Part shown: in pieces, positions 41,431 to 53,781 of the stretch
Layout: the number at the start of each line of letters is the position of its first letter
How positions within the stretch are numbered: the stretch's first letter is position 1
Source: Eledone cirrhosa
Lineage: Eukaryota
Reading direction: 5' to 3'
Assembly (NCBI GenBank): GCA_964016885.1
Contig: OZ024740.1
Span: forward strand, 168,516,001-168,580,000
DNA: 64,000 bases
Position numbers and translations under genes: made by a program
Notes under the pieces: model-generated
The model's database searches: none
What the model saw: the letters and a program-made list of their open reading frames with translations, nothing else
Told to the model about the DNA's origin: nothing

Positions 41431-43548
41431 TCTGTAGGGAGATGGTGTGGTGGATATAATAGTTTTAGACAAAAATCATCATCAGCCTTGTTATTACTTT
41501 CACTTTATCCATGCTGGCATAAGTTGGATGGCAGTGGTGGTGGTAAGAAACTCTCAGGAGAGCTGAACAGCAGGTCTTCAGAGAAGAATCCCCACTCAAA
41601 CAAGCGTTTCGACCCTTAACTTTTTAGTTGAATAATAACCTTTTTGGTTGCTGCTTATGTCATGCAGGGATTAGACAGCTCACATAAAATGTAGGTTTAG
41701 CTGGCTTGCTATCAAGTGCCCACTCATAGGACGTTTTTTGGGTGTTTTAATGTTAGGGCCCAGTTCTATCATGAAAAGCAACATGGAATGAAGCATCAAG
41801 AACACAGCATGCCATCTGGTCCAGGATTAAAACTTTTACCTATTCTAAAAAACAAAATATATACAGTATTACTTTTCGATATTTAGTTTGTCACTCTCAA
41901 TTCAAATTTCAATGTGATATACTTTACCTTGTTCCTTCTACAATCAATAAAATAAGTACCAATAATACATTGAGGTTGATTGAATTGAAAATACACTTTC
42001 CTTATGAATTTGTAGTCTTGTGCTGAAGTTAGAAATCATTGTTGTTCAGTCTTTATTTGTTTAAAACATTTTAATGACCCTGATGTCAATGTAAAACTTG
42101 AAAATTTATTTATTGTATGTATGACTGCGAATGATGAGGGTAGGCAATGTAATGATTGAATAGTTAAAGTCTTGGACTTATAGTTAGTATCTCATAAATT
42201 CTACTTGTGGTTTTGTTGTTGCTTGTAGTTTGGTTGTGTTGTTATAAAAGCACATAAGTCCAATTACCTCATTCTACACAGCTGAAATATGGAAAGTTAT
42301 GTTCTCTTTATGAGAAACTGGTTGATTTTAGAATGACTGTCTGACTTTGAAACACCTGTTACAAATTGTTTATTTACACTTTCGTTACTATATTTCTAAT
42401 GAAATACCTGCCTATGATTTTCAAATTACTTTGAAAAGAATTTGGAAGGGTTTGTAATATAATTAACCTTCACATTATTAAATGAGTGCAGGGAACATAA
42501 CTTGTCAAAAGTTCTTGCATAAAATTATGATGGAGGGTTTTTTAGGTAAATACAAACATTTTAAAATAAACAATTTACATCAAGAGCAGTTTCAAGCAGT
42601 TTGCTATCAAATGCGCTAAATAACCGATTTTGCAGTCATTAATGAAAATATGTCTTAATATACTTCTGTAAGCTAACAATAAAATTAATTTACCTATTCA
42701 TTCAGCCCACTTGAGAATCTATTAATTCATATTCTCCAAAATTATTTGCCCATCATAGATATTTATTGCCCATCATATTATTTGCCCATCATAGATATTT
42801 CTTTGGTTACTTTTTTCATTTAACATTTACTTGCAAAATATGATTCTTATATACAAGGCCTCAGATTTACAAAAGAGACCCAAGCACAACTTCAGTTGTG
42901 TTAGATTAATAATATTTAAATAATATTTGCATTGATAGCAGCGAAATGATAGAATTGCCAAGGCCAGAAGACAAAATGCTTAACAGTATTTATTTTCACT
43001 TTTCTATAATCTAAGTTCAAATCCCATATGAGTTAACATCGACTTTCACTCCTTCGGCAGTGATAAAAATAAGTAACATATTCATAACAAGTCCAAGCCA
43101 AGCTTGGATTTGTTATGAATATGTTATTTAGAGTCCTCAAACACTTTGCTGAAAGGAGTGTTTGAGGACTTTGCCCCCATGACCCACACTGGAGGAGGAG
43201 GAAGAGAAGTAAAAAAAATTCTAATTGTAGTAACTATGTCAATAAAGTAAAATGGCCCAAAACATGAGATTAGAATCAAACATGAGATTAGAATCTTCAT
43301 GAGATTAGTTCTGCTTCATGGTGCTTTATAAGCATTAGTTAAACCAGTTATTCATCTCCCATACCACTTTATTCATTTATTGTGTAAATAACACATCATT
43401 CTTGTGTATTCTTTTCATGATCTTTGCTAGGAATTAACATTTAAAGCATTCTAAAACTTAAACTGTACTTTAAATAAAGCACAGAAATAATAACATTATT
43501 ATACATTATGGTGCCAACCCTTTTATTTGCCTCTTATAACATAATAAT

Positions 43549-43747
43549 AATAATAATTGTTTCTACTTTAGGCACAAGGCCAGCAATTACACAGTACTTT
43601 ATTTTATCGACCCCGTAAGGATGAAAGGCAAAGTTAAATCCCGCCAAGGTAAACTTTGCCTTTCATCCTTACGGGGTCGATAAAATAAAGTACCAGTAAT
43701 GCACTGGATAATTGCTGGCCTTGTGCCAAACGTAGAAACAATTATTA
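43549..43747. mobile_element. Head-to-head SINE dimer forming a palindrome
   Basis: Minus-strand SINE 3' half (43549-43636) abuts a plus-strand 3' half (43637-43747). Confidence 0.85.
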
Positions 43748-45339
43748 TACAGAAATATTTATCATGCATTTAACTTCTGTTGTGAATGAGAAGAAATTCT
43801 TATTAAGACAGGCTGCCTTTTTCTTTTTCTTAATTCTCATAATTCAATGAAAAATGGGTAATCTAAAGTTGCCTTTATCACCCATTGCTGAATTTTATTA
43901 TCAAGGTTTAAAAACAAATCTTGAATATCCATGAATTTTCTCTTAGTTGACAAAGCATAGCTAAATGGCTAAGCAGTTCCTTTCTCAAATTATTAGGTCT
44001 TGGGTTTAATCTCCCTGTGTGACAGCTTTTTCAAGTGTCATTTACCATAGCCTTGGGTTGATCCATGCCTTATGAGTGAAATTGGTTAGACAAAAACTGT
44101 TTGGAAGCCTATCTGATGAACTGTAAATGTAATGCCTTGTAAATGACTAGCCTTATCATACACAGTGTCACACTGAATTTCCCTGAGAATTACGATAAGG
44201 GTACACATGTTTGTGGAATCCACAGCCACTTATATGTTAATTTCAGGAGCTGGCTGTTGCATTGATCAAATGACTGGAACACTCATTGTCGAAACCGTCA
44301 AATGTCTATTTCATTCGATTCATTTTCCCTTAATTTCTACTGCAAATAGAACTTTGGTAAATAGATTTTAGGTTTGAATAAATCATCACCATCAGTTTTT
44401 ATAAACATTGCTGTGGCCATCACTATTGTCATCATGATTGTTGTAAATTTTATTGTCAAGCAGAAAAATGTATTTCTAAATATGTTACACTTCTTATCAT
44501 TTGATAAGCAAGTTTCTCATCTGTAATTAGGGAAAATAGTAGGTAGAAACTCTTCCTTTCTTATTTTCTTTCTCTTTTATGACCATTTGTGTTATCATCA
44601 TCATCATTTAATGTCTGTTTTTCCAAATTGATATTAGTAATATATTTACTCTAAAGTTCCCTAAGGTATTTGTATGATAAAAATATATAAATATATACAT
44701 GCAGAAAAAAGCATTGCAGGGCCTGGTAGAAAAGAACCGAATCCTGATGAACTCCTACCGGCACTTCAAATTCCTCACTGAACTCATTTCCTACTCTCAC
44801 TTTACTGATAGCTCCTCAGTACATGAGGTGCATTGCTCTCCAAAGCCATTTTTCTACACCTAATTTTCTTAAGGATCACCATGAAGTACTCTTTCAAAGG
44901 CCTTTGCTAGAGCAACAAAAGCTAGATCTAGCATCATATAATAACTTTTTAATAAAATTTTGTTACATAATATTTAGGTTTGATTCATGAAATTTGAATT
45001 TCTTTCTCTCAATTATTCATGCTTACTTTTGATCAATTTTTATAATTTGTGCTTTCTATATTACAGACAATATGAATTATTTTTTTAATGGTGTGGGTGA
45101 GTGACGTTTCTGCCATGAGCGACACTGTACTCTGGCCCACACTGCATGTCCTATCAGCATTTTGCCATAAACACTTGGACCCCCTGCCCCCTTCACCCGA
45201 CATCAGGGACATCTTAGCCCTGGCCAGAAATCTTTCCTTGGCTGCATATTGTGAGGACATAGTAGCCGTCCTGTGATCCTTTCCAGGGAGCAGCAGTGGC
45301 GGAGTGGTTGGCCTGCAACCCAGCCACCTCAGAGATCTT

Positions 45340-45559
45340 ATCTAGCCTCACATTTTTATGTCCGCTTTCACGACCTCTGCCCAGGTCTTTTTTGGCTGTC
45401 TTCTATTGTGGCTTCCGTCACTGGGATATCCTGGCATTTCTTCACCCATCGGTCATTGTGCATGTATATCACATGTCCATACCAACACAGTCTTCTCTCT
45501 TGCACACCATCTTGGATTCCCCTTAAGCCCAGCTTCAAACTCAGCTCGTCCAAGCTCTG

Positions 45560-45560
<1 letters not shown>
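45340..45560 (-). mobile_element. RTE 3' fragment (family D-like)
   Basis: [20 protein letters not shown]. Confidence 0.75.
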
Positions 45561-45607
<47 letters not shown>

Positions 45608-45697
45608 GTATGTATGTATGTATGTATATGTATCTATGTATGTATATGTATCTATGTATGTATATGTATGTATGTATATGTATGTATATATATGTAT

Positions 45698-47478
45698 ATC
45701 ATCATCATCATCATCATCACCGTTTTACGTCCGTTCTTCCACGCTAGCATGGGTTAGACGGGTTGTCCTGTTGTGGGCAGTGTCTGGTCGGCTGACCATG
45801 CCTTGCTCATACAGGAACTGATTTTGGCTTGATTTCTACAGCTGGATGCCCTTCCTAACACCAACCTCATTTACAGTGAGTGCTGGGTACTTTTTCCGTG
45901 GCGCCTACACTCCCATTTTATAGTGTGGCCTGGGTGCTTTTTTGCCGTGGCACCTCCACGACCACCTTGCAGTGGGAGGGTCTGGCGGCATATTGTCTAT
46001 ATGCTTCAGCTTGTACCCATGGGAGGTCAGGTACTCTGTATTACTGCGTGACACCAGAGGTTACAGTCGTGTGTCATCGCCTTTGAGAGGTGTAATTGGG
46101 TAAGGTCGGCTTTTATCACCTCATCCCAGCTCTTCTTGGGTCTCCCTACTCCGCGGTTTCCATTGTCTTCTAGTGCTCTGCACCTTTTTATGAAGCTGTC
46201 ATCCTTCATACACATCACATGTCCATACCAACGCAACCACCTCTCCTGCACACAGCATTTGATTCCTCTTATGCTCAGTCTCTCTCTCAATTCATTTATG
46301 CTGTGTCGTTCGTGTATATTACTATTCTCCGTCCATCAGAGCATGCAGGCTTCATTTCTTTCTAATCTACGTAAGTTTTCCACCTTCAGCGCCCAGGCCT
46401 CACTACCATGTAACATTGCTGTTCGTATACACGCATCATACAGTCTGCCTTTCATTTTGAGGCAGAAGCCTTTTGCAGCTAGCAGTGGCAGTAGTTCCCT
46501 GAACTTCTTCCATCCCGTTCTTACCCTAGTTATTGTACTTTCTGAACACCCACCTCCGCTGCTAATTTGGTCACCTAGGTAGCAGAAGCTGTCTACTGTT
46601 CCTACAGAGCCCTCCCAGAGATTGGTGGTACTTGTTTCTTGTGGCTGTTTGCTGCTTGCTGTCCCAGCACAGCTGCTGCATGTGAAGCCTACTTTCTTAA
46701 TTAAGCCTTCTGGGATCCCGGTACATCTGTTGTGTACCCATTGTTTGCATTTGGGGCAGAGAATGGAGTTCCTACCTACACCTTTCTTACATACTGAGCA
46801 AGGCCATTTCCCTGAGGGGATCTGGGTTCTGTTTTCTCATCTACTTACAAGGACCTTAGTCTTTGTCACCCTTTCTTTCTAGTCCCTGCTTCCAAGTTTG
46901 GAATTTCTTCTCTAGTTCTACCATAGATTCAGCTATAAGTGCGAGGTCATCAGCATACAGGAATTCCCATGGGCATCCGGTCTTAAACTCCTCCGTTATT
47001 GCCTGCAGGACTATTGGTATGACACCTAGTATTACCTGGTTAACAATTCGTGTGGTTAAAGTGTAACCTACAGACCCAGATGCCTTCAGCATCTCGGCAG
47101 CTATACCCGATGGACCGCTTGCCTTCCCCATCTTCATATCTTTGATTGCCTTACTTACTGCTGACTTGTACTGCTGGCCCCTCTATAGGGTCTACTTGGG
47201 GTAGGGTCTCTTCTTCCCATGCATTCTCCTCATTTAGTAATCTATCATAATGGCTCTTCCATGCATCTTTCTTCTCAGCACTTGTGAGGGCAAGCTCACC
47301 TTTATCATTCCGGATACACTTCTCTCCAATGACATCACAATTCTCTCTGACACACTGCCTCGCAATCTTGAACACCTCCTGCTTCTGGTCCTCACGTTGC
47401 AAAACATGCTTGAGTTTTCTATCCTCTGCTTCCCTCTTAGCTAAGTATACTTGTCGCCTAGCTTCCCTCTCGGTCTTT
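45698..47478 (-). mobile_element. RTE LINE (family C), 5'-truncated, with internal deletion
   Basis: KASGPSGIAAEML..GVIP joined directly to [15 protein letters not shown]; PHD-like Cys cluster; RLRWYGH; (GAT)n tail. Confidence 0.92.
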
Positions 47479-47619
47479 ATGTAATATGTATATATGTATG
47501 AATATATATGTATATATATATATACATATATGTATATATACATATATATGTATATGTACATATACATATATATGTATATATACATATACATATATATACA
47601 TATACATATATATATATAT

Positions 47620-47780
47620 ACATCATCATCATCATTTAACGTCCATCTTCCACGCTTGCATGGGTTTGGATGAGAGTTTTCCCACTTGAGGCAAGAGTGG
47701 TTGTCTTGCTCGCATAGGACTGTCTGGCGGATTTTCTACGGCTGGATGCCATTCCTAACACCAACTACGTTTACAGTGTT
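47620..47780 (-). mobile_element. RTE family A tail only
   Basis: Matches the 3' 160 bp of 38830-39768. Confidence 0.85.
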
Positions 47781-47867
47781 ACACATATATATACATATAC
47801 ATACATACATATTATATACATATACATACATATACATATATATGTATATGTATATATATATGTATAT

Positions 47868-49410
47868 GGTGGTGTCATACCCAAAGACTGGTGCAGCAGT
47901 ATTCTTATAAATTGCTACAAAGGTAAAGGGGATGCTCTGGAGAGGAGCAATTATAGGGGTATAAAACTGATGGATCAGGTTATGAAAGTGGCAGAAAGGA
48001 TATTAGCACAAATAATTAGAGAAAGGGTCAAACTAGATGAGATGCAGTTTGGTTTTGTGCCTGGGAAGAGTACAACAGATGCCCTCTTCTTGGGGAGACA
48101 ATTGCAAGAGAGCTTCTTAGAGAAAAATAAGCCACTATACTTAGCCTTTGTTGACCTAGAGAAGGCCTTTGATAGGGTACCCCAATCTGTCATCTGGTGG
48201 TCCCTAAGGAAACTAGGTGTTGAGGAATGGCTTGTGAGAACAGTGCAAACTTTGTACAGAGGTACTCTCAGTAAAGTCAGGGTAGGAATGGAGTTTAGTG
48301 AGGAATTCCAGATACAAGTAGGAGTACATCAAGGTTCAGTCCTCAGCCCGCACTTGTTCATTATAGTCCTCTAAGCCATAACAGAGGAGTTTAAGACTGG
48401 CTGTCCATGGGAACTTCTCTATGCTGACGATCTGGTTCTTATAGCAGAATCAGTAGAGGAGCTAGAGAATAAATTCTGGCTATGGAAACAGCAGTTGGAA
48501 GCAAGAGGACTGAGAGTGAACCTAGCTAAGACAAAAGTGTTGATGAGTAGAAAAGAGGATAAAACTCTGATTCCATCAGGGAAATGGCCATGTTCGATAT
48601 GCAGAAAAGGAACTGGCATAAATTCTATAAAATGCACACAATGCAGATCCTGGGTTCACAAGAGATGGAGTGGGATAGCAGGAAAACTAACAGGTAGGGA
48701 GACATATGTATGCAGTAGATGTACAGGGAAATTAGACAGTAGAAGTCGCATTGATAGACACATTTTTCAAATGCAGGAGGGTGCTATAGAAGTGGTGGAT
48801 AGCTTCCGGTACCTAGGAGATCAGATTAGCATGTGAGCAGGGTGTTCCGAGGCCATAGTATCCAGAATAAGGATGGGTTGGAAGAAGTTTAGGGATCTGC
48901 TTCCTCTGCTGATGAAGAAGGGTTTCTCCCTGCGTACGAAAGGCCGGTTATATGATGCCTGTGTGAGGAGCGCGATGCTGCATGGTAGTGAGACATGGGC
49001 AGCAACTGCAGATGATATGCGACGGCTGGAGAGAAATGAGGCAAGCATGCTCCATTGGATGTGCAGTGTAAATGTGCGTGAACGACCCAGCATGAATGTG
49101 TTGAGAGAGAAACTTTGTCTGAGAGGGATAGAATGTAGTGTACGGGAGAGGAGACTGAGGTGGTATGGACATGTGATGCGCATGGAGGATGACCGATGGG
49201 TGAAGAAGTTCCAGGTAATGCCAGTTGAAGGAAGACGTGGTAGAGGTAGACCACGAAAAACATGGGCAGATGTGGTGAGAACAGACCTCAGATCATTAAA
49301 GCTCACGGTGGAGATGATGAACGACCGTGACGAGTGGAGAGATGCTGTGCTGAATAAGACGCGTCCCACCCTTACAAGCAGGGAAGAGCGGACATAAAAT
49401 GATGATGATG
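47868..49410 (+). mobile_element. RTE LINE (family D) RT region to tail, pseudogenised
   Basis: [53 protein letters not shown]; in-frame stops. Confidence 0.95.
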
Positions 49411-49446
49411 TATGTATGTATATATGATGATGATGATGACGACGAC

Positions 49447-49872
49447 GCCATCCAAAATCACCGGGAGAGATGACCCCTTAGCCTTTGTCAAGGCAGAATT
49501 CTAGGAGAAGGAAAACTCTGATATAACACCTGCAACCCTTATGGTATCCAATGATGTTGACTTGTTCTTCTTTTTGGTAAATATCATCTTGGTTAAGAGA
49601 GTGGGACTGGCTTTGTGCAGTGCCTTTGCTCACTATAAAAGCTTCAAGGCACAGGCATTGCTTTATATCTGGAGATCTCTCTGCACTTGTCATCACATGG
49701 TAGCATGGGTCCAGCACTATGTGTCAATAATTGTCACAAGTGTAGTGTTTGTACCAGAGTTTTCAAGTCGCTGGCTGGACTAAAAAGTCACACTCGTTCA
49801 GCGCATCGGTAGGGGTTCTCCTACATGGCTATAAAGTAGTGGCCGTACTCGAAAACGAGTTGGCAGCCACCA
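49447..49872 (-). mobile_element. Non-coding repeat resembling an RTE 5' UTR; related to 55913-56440
   Basis: Shared CCTTCTCCTAGAA..TGACAAAGGCTA and start TGGCTGCC directly after (TA)n. Confidence 0.55.
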
Positions 49873-49914
49873 TATATATATGTATATATATATGTATGTA
49901 TGTATATATATATG

Positions 49915-49981
<67 letters not shown>

Positions 49982-49982
<1 letters not shown>

Positions 49983-50292
49983 ACGGCGATGAAAAAATGG
50001 CGTAGACATACAACACAACAGGAGGAACAATGAATATAACACCACTGACGATGTTGCAGATGTGCAACGAAAGATTTATGTAAATTATGTAAACTATATA
50101 TATGTGTTTGTGTCTATATTGTATCTGTATTATTTTTGACCGCCGGTCAGTCAATGGCAACATTGAGGACCGAGTAAGTTAGATCGCAGATATAAAAGAC
50201 AGCGAGAAGCGAAAACCAACCAAACAGTGAGTGTGTTCTGTTATTAATTCTGGCAATATTACGCAAATATGACCCTCCCCAAATATAACAAT
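49982..50292 (+). mobile_element. Solo Penelope-type 3' UTR/pLTR fragment in a TA tract
   Basis: Homologous to the 3' UTR of the PLE at 18335-20330; contains CTGACGA-stem-GAAA. Confidence 0.7.
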
Positions 50293-50305
50293 ATGTATAT
50301 ATATG

Positions 50306-50378
<73 letters not shown>

Positions 50379-50397
50379 GTGTGTATATATATATGTG

Positions 50398-50460
<63 letters not shown>

Positions 50461-50461
50461 G

Positions 50462-50494
<33 letters not shown>

Positions 50495-50501
50495 GTATAT
50501 A

Positions 50502-50695
50502 TAACGAAGGAAATGTGGTAAGGAACTAGGTGGACCATAACGCACCAAAGTACTCAATACTTGAGGTAGTAGAGTGGGTAATAGGAACCAGTAAGACCCC
50601 GACAGCTGAGCTCAAGCCGTTTCGACGGCTAATTCAATGAATTAGCCGTCGAAACGGCTTGAGCTCAGCTGTCGGGGTCTTACTGGTTCCTATTA
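50502..50695 (-). mobile_element. Fold-back element with perfect 58-bp arms containing a half hammerhead
   Basis: 50579-50636 = rc(50638-50695); GAAA-CGGC-TTGAGCTCA-GCTG-TC. Confidence 0.7.
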
Positions 50696-50813
50696 TGTAT
50701 ATATATATATATATGTATATATATATTTATATATATATGTATATATATATGTATATATATATGTATATGTATATATATATGTATATATATATATATATGT
50801 ATATATATATGTG

Positions 50814-50846
<33 letters not shown>

Positions 50847-50881
50847 GTAAATATATATACACATATATATATGTATATATA

Positions 50882-51521
50882 TAAGAAAATTTTAAAAAAA
50901 ATTAAAAAAAATTAACTTACTAAAATTTTCACTCCAACTAATTAGTTTCTGCAATGGGATAAAGACAGTTACGTAATAAACTGTTGAGAATTCATTGCGT
51001 CATCAGGGAGGTCTATTCTCAGCTAAGTCTCCAGGCAATGCACGGACACTGGGGACTCATATAAAAATAATAATAATTCGGTAAATGGAACAGCTAGCGG
51101 GGACTGGATTCCATGCACTGAAAATCTCGCTGTCACTGGTCAAATGGTAGATTCTAAAGAATCAATCACGTGACACTGAGGGTAGGAGTGGGATGGTAAG
51201 ATGACAGAAGCCTCCTAACACACCAAAAAAATAGTAGTGGTTTTGGCAGGTTTGCTCGACAAATAAGTGATTTGGAGATAAATATAGAGAATTTAGTATA
51301 TCTACCAACATAGCGTACAGATTACGCTAATGCCAGCAAATACACAGGTTATGTCATAGTACCTAGGTGGTTCAATGCAGGAGGATGCAGAACAATAATA
51401 TAAAAGACGTAAAATAAGAAAATTAAAAAAAAAATTTTTTTAAATTAACTTACTTACTAAAATTTTCGCTCCAACTAATTAGTTTCTGCAATGGGATAAA
51501 GACAGTTACGTAATAAACTGT
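50882..51521 (-). mobile_element. Retrozyme-like element, ~1.2 units of a 537-bp monomer
   Basis: Direct repeats ~50882-50984 and ~51414-51521, each spanning the hammerhead cleavage region. Confidence 0.75.
50932..51010 (-). ncRNA. Type-I hammerhead ribozyme
   Basis: CTCC-CTGATGA-C GCAATG...CATTGC A-GAAA-CTAATTAG-TT-GGAG; palindromic stem III ACTAATTAGT, GUU triplet. Confidence 0.75.
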
Positions 51522-51571
51522 CTATGTGTATAAACTGTCTATATGTATATATATATATATATATATGTATG

Positions 51572-51606
<35 letters not shown>

Positions 51607-51619
51607 GTATACATATATG

Positions 51620-51650
<31 letters not shown>

Positions 51651-51679
51651 GTATATATATATATATGTATATATATATG

Positions 51680-51712
<33 letters not shown>

Positions 51713-51778
51713 GTATATATATATATATATGTATATACAATATTAAGCAAATGGAAACTATATTTATAAAACCATAAT

Positions 51779-51844
51779 TATTTCGTTATATATATTTCAG
51801 GGATATCATATTAAAAATATGGTATGCCTTCCTCAGACAAAATA
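51779..51844 (-). ncRNA. Minimal type-I hammerhead ribozyme (inverted arm)
   Basis: Reverse complement of 51941-52006. Confidence 0.7.
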
Positions 51845-51940
51845 CAATACATAAGCTGTTTTACAAATCAACTTTTTAAATGGAAGTTGCATTATTTAAA
51901 AGGTATGTCAAAAATGATTTATAAAACAGCTTATGTATTG

Positions 51941-52006
51941 TATTTTGTCTGAGGAAGGCATACCATATTTTTAATATGATATCCCTGAAATATATATAAC
52001 GAAATA
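51941..52006 (+). ncRNA. Minimal type-I hammerhead ribozyme
   Basis: TATTTTGT-CTGAGGA-AGG..CATATT TTT AATATG..CCT-GAAA-TATATA-TA-ACGAAATA; 8-bp stem I, AUA triplet. Confidence 0.75.
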
Positions 52007-52157
52007 AATATGGTTTTATAAATATAGTTTCCATTTGCTTAATATCGTAAACCTACTCCAGAAACTGTTGAGTGCTTTTATATCAGTTATAAAATATTTA
52101 CTCGTTGTAACCCAACAATCTTAAATAAAACTTTTGCATATATGTATATATATATAT

Positions 52158-52913
52158 ATCATCGTGATCATCATCATTCGTTTAACGTCCATATTCCACG
52201 CTTGCATGGGTTTGGACGGGAGTTTTCCCACTTGAGGCAAGAGTGGTTGTCTTGCTCGCAAAGGACTGTCTGGCGGGTTTTCTACAGCTGGATACCCTTC
52301 CTAACACCAACCACATTTACAGTGTGGAACTGAGAGGTTTTTACCGTGTTACCTACACGGCCACATTACAGCGTGGACTGTGTGTTTTTTTGTCGTGACA
52401 CCTACACGACCTCATTTGTTTCGGCCTGGATGTTGGTACCAACATAACTTTACATTGAAAGGGGTGGTGTGGATGGGGTGGGGGTAGTGGGACGGGGGTG
52501 TATTTTTTTAGAGGTGCCTACTGACTGTAGTAGGTTTTACTTTGTATTTAGGTAAGGCGGGTCTTCTCTATTACTGTGTAGCGCCAAAGATCTCAGTCCA
52601 GTGACATTGTCTTGGAGAGGTGTAAGTGTGTGAGGTCGGAATTTATCAAGTCGTCCCAGGTTTTTCTGGGTCTGCCTACTCTGTGGCTACCGTCTATTTT
52701 TATTGCCCTGCACTTTTTTATACAGCTGTCGTCTTTCATGCGCATCACATGACCATACCAACGTAGCCTTCTCTCGAGTAAACAACATCTGATCCCTCTT
52801 ATTTCTAATTTTTCACATAGTTCGTTTATGCTTTGCCGTTCACGTATATTACTATTACACATCCAGCGGAGCATGCAAGCTTCGTTCCTCTCTAGTTTGC
52901 GTATATCCTCTGC
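52158..52913 (-). mobile_element. RTE family A, 5'-truncated
   Basis: ORF 52593-52937; tail. Confidence 0.92.
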
Positions 52914-53164
52914 GTATATATGTATATATATATACATGTATATATATATATATGTATATATGTATATATATGTATATATATATATATGTATATGTGTATA
53001 TATATATGTATATATATGTATATATATGTATATATATGTTTATATATGTATATATATGTACATATATGTATACATAAATATGTATTTATGTATATATGTA
53101 TATATATATGTATATATGTATATATAAATATGTATATGTATATGTATATATATATGTACATATG

Positions 53165-53195
<31 letters not shown>

Positions 53196-53248
53196 GTGTG
53201 TATATATATATGTGTGTATATATATATGTGTATATATATATATATGTG

Positions 53249-53293
<45 letters not shown>

Positions 53294-53296
53294 GTG

Positions 53297-53345
<49 letters not shown>

Positions 53346-53558
53346 GTATATATATGTATATATATATATATGTATATATATGTATATATATATATATGTA
53401 TATATATGTATATGTATATATATGTATATATATATATATGTATATATATGTATATATATATATATGTATATATATGTATATGTATATATATATATGTATA
53501 TGTATATATATATATGTATATATATATATGTATATATATATATGTATATATATATATG

Positions 53559-53589
<31 letters not shown>

Positions 53590-53616
53590 GTATATAAATG
53601 TATATATATATATATG

Positions 53617-53647
<31 letters not shown>

Positions 53648-53781
53648 GTATATATATGTATATATATATATATGTATATATATGTATATATGTATATATA
53701 TGTATATATATATATATATGTATATATGTATATATGTATATATGTATATGTATATATGTATATATGTATATATGTATATAT
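52914..53781. repeat. ~870-bp degenerate (TA)n/(TATATG)n satellite
   Basis: Directly visible. Confidence 0.95.

Larger units (their letters stand above)
51736..52138 (+). mobile_element. Fold-back element with ~135-bp arms, each holding a full hammerhead
   Basis: 51736-51870 is nearly identical to rc(51915-52049); unique tail to 52138; TA tracts on both sides. Confidence 0.8.

Noticed and set aside
44744-44790. CTGATGA core match (also near 44114)
   Set aside because: No downstream stem II-GAAA; compatible with chance
47005-47885. Family C internal deletion breakpoint (after GVIP) coincides with the start of the neighbouring family D copy (GVIP)
   Set aside because: Different families, separated by other insertions; cannot be distinguished from coincidence
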